The notes below the pieces were generated by a model, which was given only the letters and a program-made list of their open reading frames with translations, was not told where the DNA came from and made no database searches. From Octopus vulgaris (taxonomy: Eukaryota): a stretch of 64,000 bases of DNA. The position numbers and the translations under genes were made by a program. The stretch lies in contig OX597817.1 of the NCBI GenBank assembly GCA_951406725.2, positions 170,624,001 through 170,688,000 on the forward strand, read 5' to 3'. Shown piece after piece: positions 39,265 through 52,378 of this stretch (position 1 is the first letter of the stretch; the number at the start of each line of letters is the position of its first letter).

Positions 39265-40007
39265 ATAATAATAAATAAATAAATAAAAAGAAAATGGAAA
39301 AAAACCCACAGATAGGTAGGGAGGGAACCAGGATTTGATCCGAATCGTTGTAACAGAATGAACTCCATTAACAGTATCAAAGGACCAAATGTTAAACCTT
39401 TCCCCTTAAATGACCTCCAATCGAACACTATGTTGTTGCTAACAGAGAATGGACATTACATATTTCATTTTCCAGCATTTTTTATTATGCTGTTAGTCAG
39501 TTCATGGCAATATTTTATCAACACATTTTTCACTTGATCTTGCATATAAAACTTTTTAAAAAAAATCTCTTTAAATTCTGGTGATGGTTTGTGCTGAAAA
39601 TAACCAGAATTTTATTTGATTAAAGAAATATAGTGATAAACTGTATTTGTTCAAGTCTTATAGTGTAATTAATGTCAACGAAGCAAGAAATTACCAAGAA
39701 TCTTTGGTTTACACATCAAGTAATTGAATTTAGAATAAATAATTCTTGGCTGTTTGGATCGTCAGCTAAGCAGACTTGGTTATACTCTTTTACTCTTTTA
39801 CGTGTTTCAGTCATTTGACTGCGGCCATGCTGGAGCACCGCATTTAGTCAATCAAATCGACCCCAGGACTTATTCTTTGTAAGCCTAGTACTTATTCTAT
39901 TAGTCTCTTTTGCCAAACCGCTAAGTTACGGGGACATAAATACACCAGCATCGGTTGTCAAGCGATGTTGGGGGACAAACACAGATACACAAACATACAC
40001 ATACATG

Positions 40008-40061
<54 letters not shown>

Positions 40062-41951
40062 CATATATATACGAGAGGCTTCTTTCAGTTTCCATCTACC
40101 AAATCCACTCACAAGGCATTGGTTGGCCCAAGGCTATAGTAGAAGACACTTGCCCAACGTCCCATACAGTGGGACTGAACCCAGAACCATGTGGTTCGTA
40201 AGCAAGCTATTTACCACAGAACCACTCTTACAAATGTTGGCTGTAAAATGTGGGCCAAATGAAACTAGTTTGAAGATTTCACACATGTAGCCAGGTGAAG
40301 TTCACTGCCACCACTGCTTGACAACCAGTGTTGGTGTGTTTATGTCCCTGTAACTTAGCAGATTGGCAAAAGAGACTGATAGAATAAGTACCAGGTTTAA
40401 AAAGAATAAATACTGGGGTTGATTTGTTAGACTAAAATTCTTCAAGATGATGCCCCAGCATGGTTGTAGCCATGGTTACTAAAACAAATAAAAGATAAAA
40501 ATAGTCCAAATGCCCTCCCATCCCATGCAGATTCATGCAAATATATTAATTATCTAAAATGCATTTTTATTTATTTTCAATTTTTAATTTTAAAAAATTT
40601 TTTATTAGTTTTTGCTAATCAGTTGGCTTATGGTGAGTCCATTTAAATAATTGGAAACTTCTCAGCTGAAATCCTAGCTCCACCCCTGGATCTAGCAAGT
40701 GCTTAAAACTCAGCAGCATCAGAGAGACTAGATAATTGCTGATGTTGCTACAGTTGTGGCTGTTGTCTCTGTTGCTGTTGCAGTTGCTGCTGCTGCTGCT
40801 GCTGCTGCTACTGCCACCAAAATGCAAAATGTATTGTATTATCATCATTGGCAGCAGCAGTGGTGGTAGCAGTGGTGATGGTGGCAGTGGTAGTGATAAG
40901 AATTTGGACCTGGAGATCTCCATTTCCAGCGACTCCGAGGGCCACCTCCCAGTGGTGTCGGGCATCAACAAAGAGCCCTCGATTACAAGTCAACCAAAGT
41001 TTTTTTTTTTCAAGGTCTGGGGTCTCCCGCCCCCTAAGCCCTAGACCATCACCTAATCACCCTTACCCATCTTGCTGCTTAACAACAACAACAACAACAG
41101 CAGCAGCAGAATGGAGGTGCAATGGCTCAGGGGTTAGGGCAGCGGACTCGCAGTTGTAAGAACGTAGTTTCGATTCCCAGGCCAGGCATTGTGAGTGTTT
41201 ATTGAGCAAAATCACCTAACCTCCACGAGGCTCTGGTGGGGGGTAGTGGTGAACCCCGCTGTACTCTTGCACCACAACTTTCTCTCACTCTATCTTCCTA
41301 CTTCTGCCACAAAGTAGAGGAACTATGGTGTGGTAAAATTTCAGACCCTAGTCTAGATTGCGAATCCTCTGTACCCTAGGATGGTTCAGATCTCCACTCG
41401 TTAAAAGCCACCGTTTACGGAATGAGGATAACAACGTAGCTTTTGCGCCCGTGCAACCACCAGTCTATCGCATGTGGTGGGTGGATCTTCAAGTTGCCGC
41501 ACGCATTCTTAGTAGCTTAGAGTAGGCTCGAATTAGAGATTATTCTTTGTGGCTAATGGCATGAGTCCTGATTGGAAGAAGAAGAAGAAGAAGAAGACAG
41601 CAGCAGCAGCAGAGGCGGCAGGGGTGGCAGCCGCATTGGTAGCAGCTCCAGTAGCAGCAGCAGAGGCAGTGGTAGCAGGGGCAGCTGAGGTAGAAACAAC
41701 AGCAATGGCAGTGGCAGCAGTGGGGACATCATTATTGAGGCAGCAAGCTAGAAGAATTGTTGGCACGCTGGGCAAAATGCTTAGCAGCATTTCGTCCACC
41801 TATACTTTCTGAGTTCAAATTCTGCCATGGTTGACTTTGCCTTTTATCCTCTCAGGATCAGTAAAATAAGTACCAGTTGAGTACTGGGGTTGATGCAATC
41901 GACCATCCGCCTCCCCCAAATTTCAGGCCTTGTGCCTATAGTAGAAAGTAT

Positions 41952-42013
<62 letters not shown>

Positions 42014-43139
42014 ACAACACTCACGGAGTAGTTGGCGTTAGGAAGGGCATCCAGCTGTAGAAACATTGCCAGATAAGACTGGAGTCTGGTGCAGCCTTCT
42101 GGCTTCCCAGATCCCCGGTCGAACAGTCCAACCCATGCTAGCATGGAGAACGGACGTTAAACGATGATGATGATGATGTATATATAATAAATAAATAAAA
42201 GGGTAAGATTAATTAATTATTAATTAATAATTTTACCAAGTAGTGTTCAGTATGTAAAAAGACCATTTACGGTATATTTAAAACATTACGTTATATAATT
42301 AGGGTTCAGTAAAAAAATTTACTTTACCACACACTGAACTTTTAGAAATAGCAGCCAAAAAATTTAGCTATTTCCTCTACTATAAGAAAAGTCTCCCAAA
42401 CAATGTATACGCAAAAATAATTCACGTTGGTATAGAGGGAAAAACAATGGTTGGTAAATGTGCTTTGATATTGCTTGATAGTTGTAAATGAGCACCATAT
42501 TATGCTAGTAAAATCCTTCATTTCCAATTTTCTGTGAAATCATTTTTGGTCAAGGGAAAATATTACCTTATTTGGAAACAAGTGAGAGTTGACACCAAAG
42601 AAGGGCATCTGTCAACAGAAAAATCTTCCTTAACAAATTCAGTCCAACCCATGCAAGCATGGAAAAGTGAACACTAAAATGATGCTGATGGTGGTGGTGG
42701 TGGTGGTGGTGGTGGTGGTGGTGGTGATGGTGGTAGTGGTGGTGGTGGTGGTGGTGGTGGTGGTGGTGGTGGTGGTGGTGGTGGTGGTGGTGGTGGTGGT
42801 GGTGGTGGTGGTGGTGGTGGTAGTGATGGTGGTGGAGGTGGTGGTGATGGTGATGGTGGTGGTGATGGTGGTGGAGGTGGTGATGGTGGTGGTGGTGGTG
42901 GTGGTGGTGGTGGTGGTGGTGGTGGTGGTGATGAGGAGGAGGCGGAGGAGGAAGGGGAGGAGGATGATGACGACGATGATGACGATGACAACAACAATTA
43001 TGATGTGTAGCATATTATCTGAATAGTCCAGTTACAGTTGCCAAGTAACAAAAAACTTCATTTTGAGACATCTTATTACCCAAAGCCCTACCATTGACTA
43101 GCCACCATATGATATTAAGGCTAACATAAAGGGTTAGAA

Positions 43140-43472
43140 TTTCTGAGATTTTCACACAATAGTCAGCCACTTTGCTATCTTGGCAGTATTACAACAAATC
43201 AATGTAAAGGAACAGATAGATTTAAAAAAACAACAACAACAAAAAAGAAGTGATAAAAGAAAACCTGCTGCTATCTCTTCGAAACTACATTCGGAAAAAT
43301 CCATCAATAAGTAAAAAGATGAAGTTGAAATTACAACGCACTTTGATATTTCCAATAGCAACATATAGATCTGAATGTTGGACACTTAAAACGCTGAGAG
43401 AAAAAGATTGTTTCCATTCTGAATTTGGTGTAGTAGAAGAAAGCTAAGAATTATCTGCAGAGAGAGAGAGAG

Positions 43473-43521
<49 letters not shown>

Positions 43522-43725
43522 ACAAGCAGTATGTTAGATTGAATTAAAATTGTAAAAGTATCTTGTAAAGGAACTGGTTAGCCAAAAACAGATATTTTGA
43601 GTATGTCATATAAGAACAATGGTTTTACAGAAATTGTTGGTTGCTAGAAAAATCTTTAAATAAAATGGCCAAGAGGAAAGTTCAGGAAAAGTACTAGATT
43701 AAAAGTACGTCATGACAATAACATG
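43140..43725 (+). mobile_element. RTE/BovB-like remnant interrupted by (GA)n
   Basis: SISKKMKLKLQRTLIFPIATYRSECWTL..SEFG matches L.FPIATYGSE.WT..FE.WC.RR.LRI.W. Confidence 0.75.
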
Positions 43726-44674
43726 ATTGGAAATACAATCCTTTAGTTTTCCACCCGCTTTTCAGTGTTGGGCTTTCATCATCATTGTCATCCTTATCCT
43801 CCTCCTCATCAACATCATCACCATTATCATCACCATCTTCATCATCATCATCCTCATCTTCATCCTCATCCCCTCCTCCCCCTCCTCCTCCTCCTCATCA
43901 TCCTCCTCATCTTCATCCCCCTCCCCCTCCTCCTCCTCCTCATCCTCCTCATCATCCTCCTCATCACCATTATCATCCTCATCTTCATCATCATCACCAT
44001 TATCATCATCATCTTCATCATCATTATCGTCATCCTCATCATCCTCATCCTCCTGCTCCTCCTCCTGCTCCTGCTCCTCCTCCTCATCATCATCACCTTC
44101 ATCATCACCATTATCATCACCATCATCACTTAATGTCTGTTTTCCATGCTGGCATGGGTTGGACGGTTTGACAGGAGTTGTTAAGGCCAGTGGGACTGCA
44201 CCAGGCTCCGCTGTCTGTTTTGACATGCTTTCAATGGCTGAATGCCCTTCCTAACACCAACCACTTTACGGAGTGCACTGGGTGCTTTTAACACCAGTGC
44301 CTTTGATGAAGAGGAAGGAGAGGAAGAGGAGATGCAGAAGGGGAGAAAATAGTGAAAGAAGAGGAATGGGGGAGGGAAAAGAGGTGGAAGAGGACAATGA
44401 AAATGAGTATGACTCTAATAATAACCCTAAGATCTTTGATGAAAGGTATTTCCAGCAATGACCATCTCATCTTTTTCAAACATAGTATATCGAAGACTAT
44501 AATTATTAAATGCATTTGATTAAATTCTTTTAAATGGTATAATGTGATTTGAGGGAGATCTGGCTGCTACTTTACTAGATTGAACAACCACATAGCTGGC
44601 ACCTCAACAAGCAAAATATACATCTAAAATGTGGTGTATATATATATATATATATAACACTTCTGTCACAACCT

Positions 44675-44718
44675 GGGACCTTGAAGACTGCTTTAATGCA
44701 AGAAAGTATACTAGTCCC
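44675..44718 (+). ncRNA. Type I hammerhead with one extra U in the first box
   Basis: GGGAC-CTTGAAGA-cTGCtttaatGCAa-GAAAG-TATA-CTA-GTCCC directly after (TA)n. Confidence 0.7.
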
Positions 44719-44887
44719 CTAATATTTTATATTCAACATTTCATCTATTCAAATTAGATAATCAATACTTCATTTCATTTTACTATATATATATTATTTA
44801 TACTATATATTCTATATTCTACATTAGTATTATAAAGAATATAAATAAAACATAAAAAACAGAGTTGGAATTTCTTTGAATAATATA

Positions 44888-45264
44888 CACTTGCGTCAGA
44901 AATTAATTAGCACTTCTCAAATTTCTACATTAAATAGGTTAAATCAATTAACCTATGAGCTGTTCAAAACGTCTTACGCGATGAGAAAACTTAGTATGGT
45001 GTGATTTCGGTCCTTGTGAGGCGCTACCTATATCTATTAAACAAAGGAAGATTTGTCTGCATCCGCACTCCAAGTTGTTGCACTGCTATGTCAACATCAT
45101 AAGGCTGTAGACTCTCAAACTGCTCTGCAAACAAAGTTACGTCATCGTTCTGCGCAACAGTGAACTCGCAACAAAGCAATAGTTCAAGATATGGCCACTA
45201 GGTGACAGCACATACCTTGAGTGAAGAGCAAATCAAGGGTGCTAATTAATTTCTGACGGTAGTG
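44888..45264. mobile_element. Tc1/mariner-type MITE
   Basis: 26-bp TIRs CACTTGCGTCAGAAATTAATTAGCAC / GTGCTAATTAATTTCTGACGGTAGTG with TA on both sides. Confidence 0.85.
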
Positions 45265-45303
45265 TATATATAATCAAAGCATAGAGTAATTTACATCCAT
45301 TGC

Positions 45304-45394
45304 AGCTGATCTTACCAATTGGTTTTGCACTAGGGGTTCAATGGAGTGTTAGGTAACAGTCCGATTATGTAACCTTGTGCTCAGCAGAGGTAGC
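45304..45394 (-). ncRNA. Degenerate hammerhead (A6C, G12A)
   Basis: Minus strand CT-CTGCTGA-GCACAAGG...CCTAGTGC-AAAAC-CAATTG-GTA-AG; homologue of 16801-16892. Confidence 0.55.
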
Positions 45395-45493
45395 CATTAT
45401 GGAATGAAATATAGTGAGTGCTCTCTATTGTTGGAGGTACATAGACACATCTGGTTTGAAACATAATGAAACGGATCAAAGAGGTGATTCAGT

Positions 45494-45540
<47 letters not shown>

Positions 45541-45694
45541 AAATTGTTGTTAATCCAAACAAATGGAAATATAGAAGAAATGAAACTGAAAATGCATGAA
45601 AAATATATTAGAATTGATTAGAATTTAATTGCATTTTAAAATATAGGAATTAGATTTTCAATAGTGTATATGTATGAAGCTGTTTTATGAATTA

Positions 45695-45876
45695 CTGTAT
45701 TTTAACATGTATAAGGAACCCTTTTGTATAAGGAACTCCCTAATTTTTGGGGCTTAAAATTTGGAAAAAAGATTTTGTAAGGGACTATAATACTATCCAT
45801 GAATAAGAAACTCGCAAATTTTTTTAGCCTAATTTTTGACTAAAATGGGTTCCTTATACTACAGGTTAAAATATGG
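45695..45876. mobile_element. pogo/Tigger-type MITE
   Basis: TIRs CTGTATTTTAACATGTATAAGGAACCC / GGGTTCCTTATACTACAGGTTAAAATATGG, TA flanks. Confidence 0.8.
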
Positions 45877-45921
45877 TATGTCTTTTCTTGCCATTGTTAT
45901 CAAAACTATATATATAACTAT

Positions 45922-46500
45922 ATACAAAATTGAGAGGAATGACCACTAAAGTGGACACCTAATATGCTAAACATAGATGTCAAATCACCATTACCACAAA
46001 GAATGTGTTCTCAAGAAAAATCTCAGCAAAATGCCTCAGCATACCAAAGTGAAGACATTTGAAAAATATACCCAAATACAATTTGTAGAACATTATACAT
46101 GCTCAATTTCGGTTGAGCTTTCTGCATCTAGTTCTGGAAATTGTGTTTTGTTAGTGACAGACCACACTGACGATCTTGCAGATATCTGCATATTTGGATA
46201 TGTAGATATTAACAAGTTAAACCATTGGTACATAGGTAATCATTTTTTATTTTGTATATTTTCATTTGTCTTGCTCATTTTTACATTTTGGCGTTTTGCT
46301 GAGAATTTTCTTGAGAACACATTCTTCGTGGTAATGGCAATTTGACATCTATGTTTAGCATATTAGGTGTCCACTTTAGTAGTCATTCTTCTTAATTTTG
46401 TATGTAATGCAATTTTTAATCTTTGGATTTTTAAAATATGCTAAGCCACTGCTTTTAATTGATTAATATCAATTTCTACCCTTATTATTTAATTTTATAT
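45922..46500 (+). mobile_element. PLE-type cassette, 114-bp inverted repeat with hammerhead remnant in the spacer
   Basis: Arms 45922-46035 / 46290-46403; 46161-46237 reads CTGACGA-tCTTG..ATATCTGCATAT ttgg ATATGTAGATAT..CAAGt-TAAAC-CATTG-GTA. Confidence 0.8.
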
Positions 46501-47605
46501 ATCATCATCATCATCATCATCGTTTAACGTCTGCTTTCCATGCCAGCATGGGTTGGACGATTTGACTGAGGGCTGGTGAACCAGATGGCTGCACCAGGCT
46601 CCAATCTTGATCTGGCAGTGTTTCTACAGCTGGATGCCCTTCCTAACGCCAACCACTCCGAGAGTGTAGTGGGTGCTTTTTACGTGCCAAGTACATGATT
46701 TAGTTCCCTATGCATGTTTCACCATCGTGGTTATTTGCATCCTCTGCAGTGGCTGTTCAATGAACATTTGGATGCAGATCCACAATGTTTCTTCAGAGGA
46801 ACACTTACTTACATTATGTTAACACAGAGTAAATAGATGGCAAAACATTTTGGATAGACGGCAAAACATTTTGTAAGCACATCAAAAGGGAAATTGAGAC
46901 AACAAGAGAGAAGAAAAGGAAAGGAAGAGAGAGAGAGAGAGAGACACTCACACAAACAAACGCATATATACACACATATGCATCAAGCAATGCCACAGAC
47001 ATACACATGCAGTACTGGACGCTTACAGTACCATGTATATACACATATGTATATCCAATGTACCATACGTCTACATCACGCTTATTGATATTATCTTCTA
47101 CCCTATACAAATATATAAATCCAAGAGTATATTTACTGACATATGACACGTCTATTTTTATATAACAATATGCCAAGTTTATATCTTTATTACAATGTCC
47201 AGTAGACTATGCTCCAATACCCAAAATAAACCAATGATACCTGCCAAAATTTAATGGACACAGATTTCACATCTCTTTTCTCTTTTCTCTTTTACTTGTT
47301 TCAGTCATTTGACAGCAGCCATGCTGGAGCACCACCTTTAGTTGAGGAAATTGACCCCCAGGACTTATTCTTTGGAAGCCTAGTATGGGGACGTAAACAA
47401 ACTACCATCCATCAGTTGTCAAGCAATGTTGGGTGGGACAAACACAGATACACAAACATATACACACACATATATATATATATATATATCATCATCATCA
47501 CCATTTAATGTCCGTACTCCATGCTAGCATGGGTTGGATGGTTTTGACTGAGGGCTGGCAACCAGATGACTGCACCAGGCTCCAGTCTTGATCTGGATAT
47601 ATATG

Positions 47606-47670
<65 letters not shown>

Positions 47671-48589
47671 TCATATATACGACAGACTTCTTTCAGTTTC
47701 CGTCTACCAAATCCACTCAAAAGGCTTTGGTTGGCCCAAGGCTATAGCAGAAGACACTTGCCCAAGGTGCCATGCAGTGGGAATGAACCCGGAACCATGT
47801 GGTTGGTAAGCAAGCTGCTTACCACACAGCCACTCCTGCACCTATTTATGGAATTCTCAGTCAAAAGTTAAAAACACATCAATGAAAACAGGGAGTTCAT
47901 GGAATTTTTCATTACTTTATATTAAGATGTTGAAATCATTCTCTTGCTGACCATTGACTTGTTAAGACTAATGTGGGTTTCACACCCAGCACTCTGTGAT
48001 GCCTTGCAATCGCTTCAACCTGTATTAATGATACAGAGGTGTTGATGCTTCTCTCTTATACATGTTCAGAAAAATATCATCATCATCGTCATCATCATCA
48101 TCGTTTAATGTCCGTTTTCCATGCTAGCATGGCTTGGACGGTTCGACCGGGGTCTGGGAAGCCAGAAGGCTGCACCAGGCTCCAGTCTGATCTAGCAGTG
48201 TTTCTACAGCTGGATGCCCTTCCTAATGCCAACCACTCTGTGAGTGTAGTGGGTGCTTTTTACATGCCAGACGAGGCTGGCAATGGCCACGATCGGTTGG
48301 TGCTTATTACGTTCCACTGGCACAGAAACCAGTTAAGATTTCTGCTATCTATTGTTGCCAAATTTCATCTCTCTCTCTCTCTGTTGGTAAAAGAGGGCAT
48401 TGGGATTTTAGCCAAGTGTGTGGATTCACAATGATAGAAAAATAGTTTGAACATGAATCAGAGACTGTGATGGTTATTAAATGAATAAAAGAATTTATGG
48501 GATATCTCCTTAAAGATTGACCATACAACTGAAGCATGGAGACCAGAAATAATTATAACAGACAAACAAAGTGTAAAAGTACAAACTTT

Positions 48590-49250
48590 GCAATAACATA
48601 TAGCTTAGTGGGCAACAATTGTTGCCCACTGAATGACCCTAAAGCTGCGGGAACGGAGGAGGATCCTCCAGATGAAGCTGAGGTGCCACGCCCTCCAATG
48701 GCAAAGAGGAGAAAAAGAAAAAAGAAAAAGAACGGGACATTGCCAGCATCCCTGAAATTTTTGATGGTACACTGCCAGCATCCCTGAAACTTTGTCAGTG
48801 GGAAGTGTACCACTGACAGAGGAAACTGTGACCCCTCCCAGAGTGATGAGAGATGATTTTGTTATCTTCTTCCATATGGGAGGGGCAATACAGAACTTCT
48901 TAAGGAGGCTAGAGGGCTGGAGGGAAGAGCCCATGCCCTGGACTGAAGACCCAGATTGGCCTCCACAGGTGACTACTGAGGTCATATCAGAAGCCGATAT
49001 GTTCACGGTGATGGACTCCTTCCCGAAGAACCAGTTTATGTTCACCTTCTGGGGCCCCGACCTCGAGCTGGAGCATTGCCTACGGGAGGCATACGGCCTG
49101 GTCGGGGAGGAAGGATAAAGAGGCTTTAGTGCCTGAATGTTTATTGTATGTAAGAGGCTCAGCACCTCAATTTGTAATGGACTATTTATTATAAGAACTG
49201 AAGTAAGAGGTTTGATACTTTGTTTTGTTTTTTCCTGTGTAAAAAAAAAA
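48590..49250 (+). pseudogene. Polyadenylated retroposed coding fragment (possibly L1/Tx1 ORF1 C-terminus)
   Basis: GC-rich coding-like island: Lys/Glu-rich stretch then a 108-aa frame ending REAYGLVGEEG*, about 120-nt 3' UTR, A10 at 49241-49250; frame broken around a 17-bp duplication. Confidence 0.5.
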
Positions 49251-49409
49251 GAATAATGTTTTAGAGAAGCAAATAATCGGTGGGCGTTTTCTGTCTTCTT
49301 CCATCAATATCATCCTTTTTCATCATTCATCTCATCAATGTTTTCGTCCAGCCCGCAAGCTACTCTGTGTCGTGCCTTTATGGCAAAATTTTGAAATAAT
49401 ATAGCTTAG

Positions 49410-49627
49410 TGGATACCAAAGAAATCACGGAAACTGAGAAATGCCTGAATCCAGCCACAGAGAAAAATAGATTGTGGAAGATAAAGGTGACAGTTGTTCC
49501 TGTGGTAACTGGTGCACTTGGAAAAACAACTAAAATGCTGTCTAAGAGGTTGAAGGATATTGGAATTAAGACCATGCATTGTTTACCTGCAGAAAAAGTT
49601 CCATCCTGTTTTCTGCGAGAATCCTAA
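49410..49627 (+). mobile_element. R4/Dong-like (RLE-type) retrotransposon C-terminal remnant
   Basis: EKNRLWKIKVTVVPVVTGALGKTTK matches E..R.W...V...P.V.GALG. Confidence 0.75.
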
Positions 49628-49909
49628 AATTTTGAAACCAGTGATTTCAGGGTAGAGAGTAAGTTGATTACATTGACTGCTGTTTTCACCTGGTACTTAT
49701 TTTATCAACCCTGAAAGGATGGACAGCAAGGTCGACCTTGGAGAATTTGGAACTCAGAATGCAAAGACGAGTGAAATACTGATAAGGATTCTTCCAGCTC
49801 ACCACCTTAATAATAATGATGATGATAATAATAATAGTAACAATAATAATAATAATAATAATAATAAAACACTCGACGAGAAATGGAAGAAAATTTGAAG
49901 AAAGAAGGA

Positions 49910-49976
<67 letters not shown>

Positions 49977-49977
49977 T

Positions 49978-50271
49978 TCTGGAAATAGAGTTAACTTGAA
50001 TGTGGAACCTAAAAACAGAAACAATTCCTATCATAGTAGGTGCATTAGGCATGATAAAAAAACATTCAGACAAATACATAACAAAAACAGCAGGACTTAC
50101 AAGTATATATAACATACAGTAAATAGCACTGTTAGGTACTGCACACATCCTACATAAAACACTTTCAATACATTGAAAATAAGAGCATCACAACAAACCT
50201 CAGCATATACCCAAGGCACACATATCTGCGCACGGTAGCGCAGTGAAAGCACATGATAAAAATAAGGCTAT

Positions 50272-50275
<4 letters not shown>
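49978..50275 (+). mobile_element. R4/Dong-like retrotransposon 3' end inside (TAA)n
   Basis: LEIELT*MWNLKTETIPIIVGALGMIKK..IQ*IALLGTAHILHKTLS plus 3' UTR; (TAA)n on both flanks. Confidence 0.85.
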
Positions 50276-50336
<61 letters not shown>

Positions 50337-52263
50337 TTCTACTAAAGATACAAGGCCTGAAATGTTGGGGGATGGGACTAGTCGAATACATCGACCCCAG
50401 TGTTTCACTGGTACTTAATTTATCAACCCTGAAAGGATGAATGGTAAAGTTAACCCTGGCAGATTTTGAACTCAGAATGTTAAGATGGATGAAATACTGC
50501 TAAGCATTTTGCCCAGCGTGCTAATGATTCTGCCAGCTTGCCACCTTGAAAATAGTTATAATAATAATATTAATAATAATAATAATAATGATAGTGAAGA
50601 TGAAGAGCACGATTCGATTGTAAGATGGTTGATTGATGCAGGAGGTTTATTCCACATTTTGACAATTTTGAGCCTGGAAACACATTTCTGAAAGTCATGG
50701 GTGCAGTACGGTTCTTTCTTTCTCTTTATTCTCTTGAGTATTCACTTTTTGTTCTTTCATTGTTAAATGAGGTCACCTTACCTGACATTTTCATCTTTTC
50801 CAAATTCAGTCTAAATAAAATAAAATATCTTTTCCAATTTCAATCTAAATAAAATATCTTACAATTGAATCGTGCTCTTTGTCTTGACTGTTTACCTTTG
50901 TGAAGAGTTATGTCAATCCTTTTTAAAATATAATAATAATGATATTAATAATTATAATAATTATGAGCTTGTTGTAGAGTGCTCAAATGCACAACTCATG
51001 AGAATAGAGCAAAAAAGGAGACAGACAGTTACACTATGTCAAATGAAGAAAGATGACAATGAAAGCCAAAAGTGTATAAACAGTTCACAAAATAAAGAAT
51101 AAAAAGACAAAAAAGTGAGCAACAAAAAAGCCATAAAGAGGAAACGGTGTATAGGTACAACAAGGAAGTATTGGCAATTTCTAGAAAGTATGGAATTTTT
51201 TAAGGAGACACTGCCCTATCATCTAACATCTGATGCAGGTGGTTTATTTCACATTTTAACAATTTTGTGCCTGGAAACACATTTCTCTCGAGTATTCATT
51301 TTTCGTCCTTTCATTGTTAAATGAGGTCACCTTACCTGACATTTTCATCTTTTCCAAGTAATAAGCAGACCTCACCTTCATTTTCAGATTTCCTTGGTTC
51401 GTGGAAGACAATTTCCTTGGTTTTACTCACATGGGTATGAAAAGTAATAAACGTATACAAATTCAGCAAATATCAATCTAAAATCTAAGGAATGGTAAGT
51501 AATGAGATGTGATTGCTTTTGATGTGATTATTAATTGATTTATACAACTTCAGATCATCCTTAAAGAAATGGTGAGAAAGGTTTCTAGATTAAGGATATC
51601 TATTTCTGAAAACAAATAAATAAATAAATAAAAGAATCACATCTTCTGAGAAAGTGTACTAATAGATCTAACCAAAGTACAAAGAGCAGTGCGTTTTGAT
51701 TATGCTTTAATATCAGATTTTATTAGTCTCTTTATTACTTCTCAAAAGACATTGCTGTATTATGACTTAACTCAGAGATGAATGGTAATTACTAATGGTT
51801 GTGGAACTTTGGAGACATATATAAATGTACGTAGCTTCTTTTCCGTTTTTAATTATCTAAGTTCTTCTTCTGAGGAAGGAACTGATTTCTAACAATGACA
51901 CAAAGCTCCATCGTTGCAATGTAGGTAAAAGACAAAAATCACATTTTAAACTTGGAGAAAAGTGTTGCCGTCTTGACTGGCTTCTGTACCGGTGGCACGT
52001 ATAAAGCACCAACTGATTGTGGTCGTTGCCAGCCTCCTTTGGCACCCTGTGCTGGTGGCACGTAAAAAGCACCCACTACACTCTCGGAGTGGTTGGTGTT
52101 AGGAAGGGCATCCAGCTGTAGAAGCACTGCCAGATCAGACTGGAGCCTGGGGCAGCTTCCTGGCTTCCTAGACCCAAGTCGAACCGTCCAACTCATGGCA
52201 GCATGGAAAACGGACGTTAAACGTTGATGATGATGATAGTGGTGGTGGTGGTGGTGGTGGTGG

Positions 52264-52305
<42 letters not shown>

Positions 52306-52341
52306 GGATGATGATGATGATGATGGTGATGGTGGTGATGG

Positions 52342-52378
<37 letters not shown>

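Noticed and set aside
40905-40985. HDV-like ribozyme on minus strand
   Set aside because: A P1-like helix followed by GG is present, but L3 lacks the pairing CC and no P2 could be formed.
38373-44254. Poly-His, poly-Ser, poly-Pro, poly-Val and poly-Asp/Glu ORFs
   Set aside because: Trinucleotide tracts open in several frames on both strands, often attached to retroelement tails; no splice or domain support.
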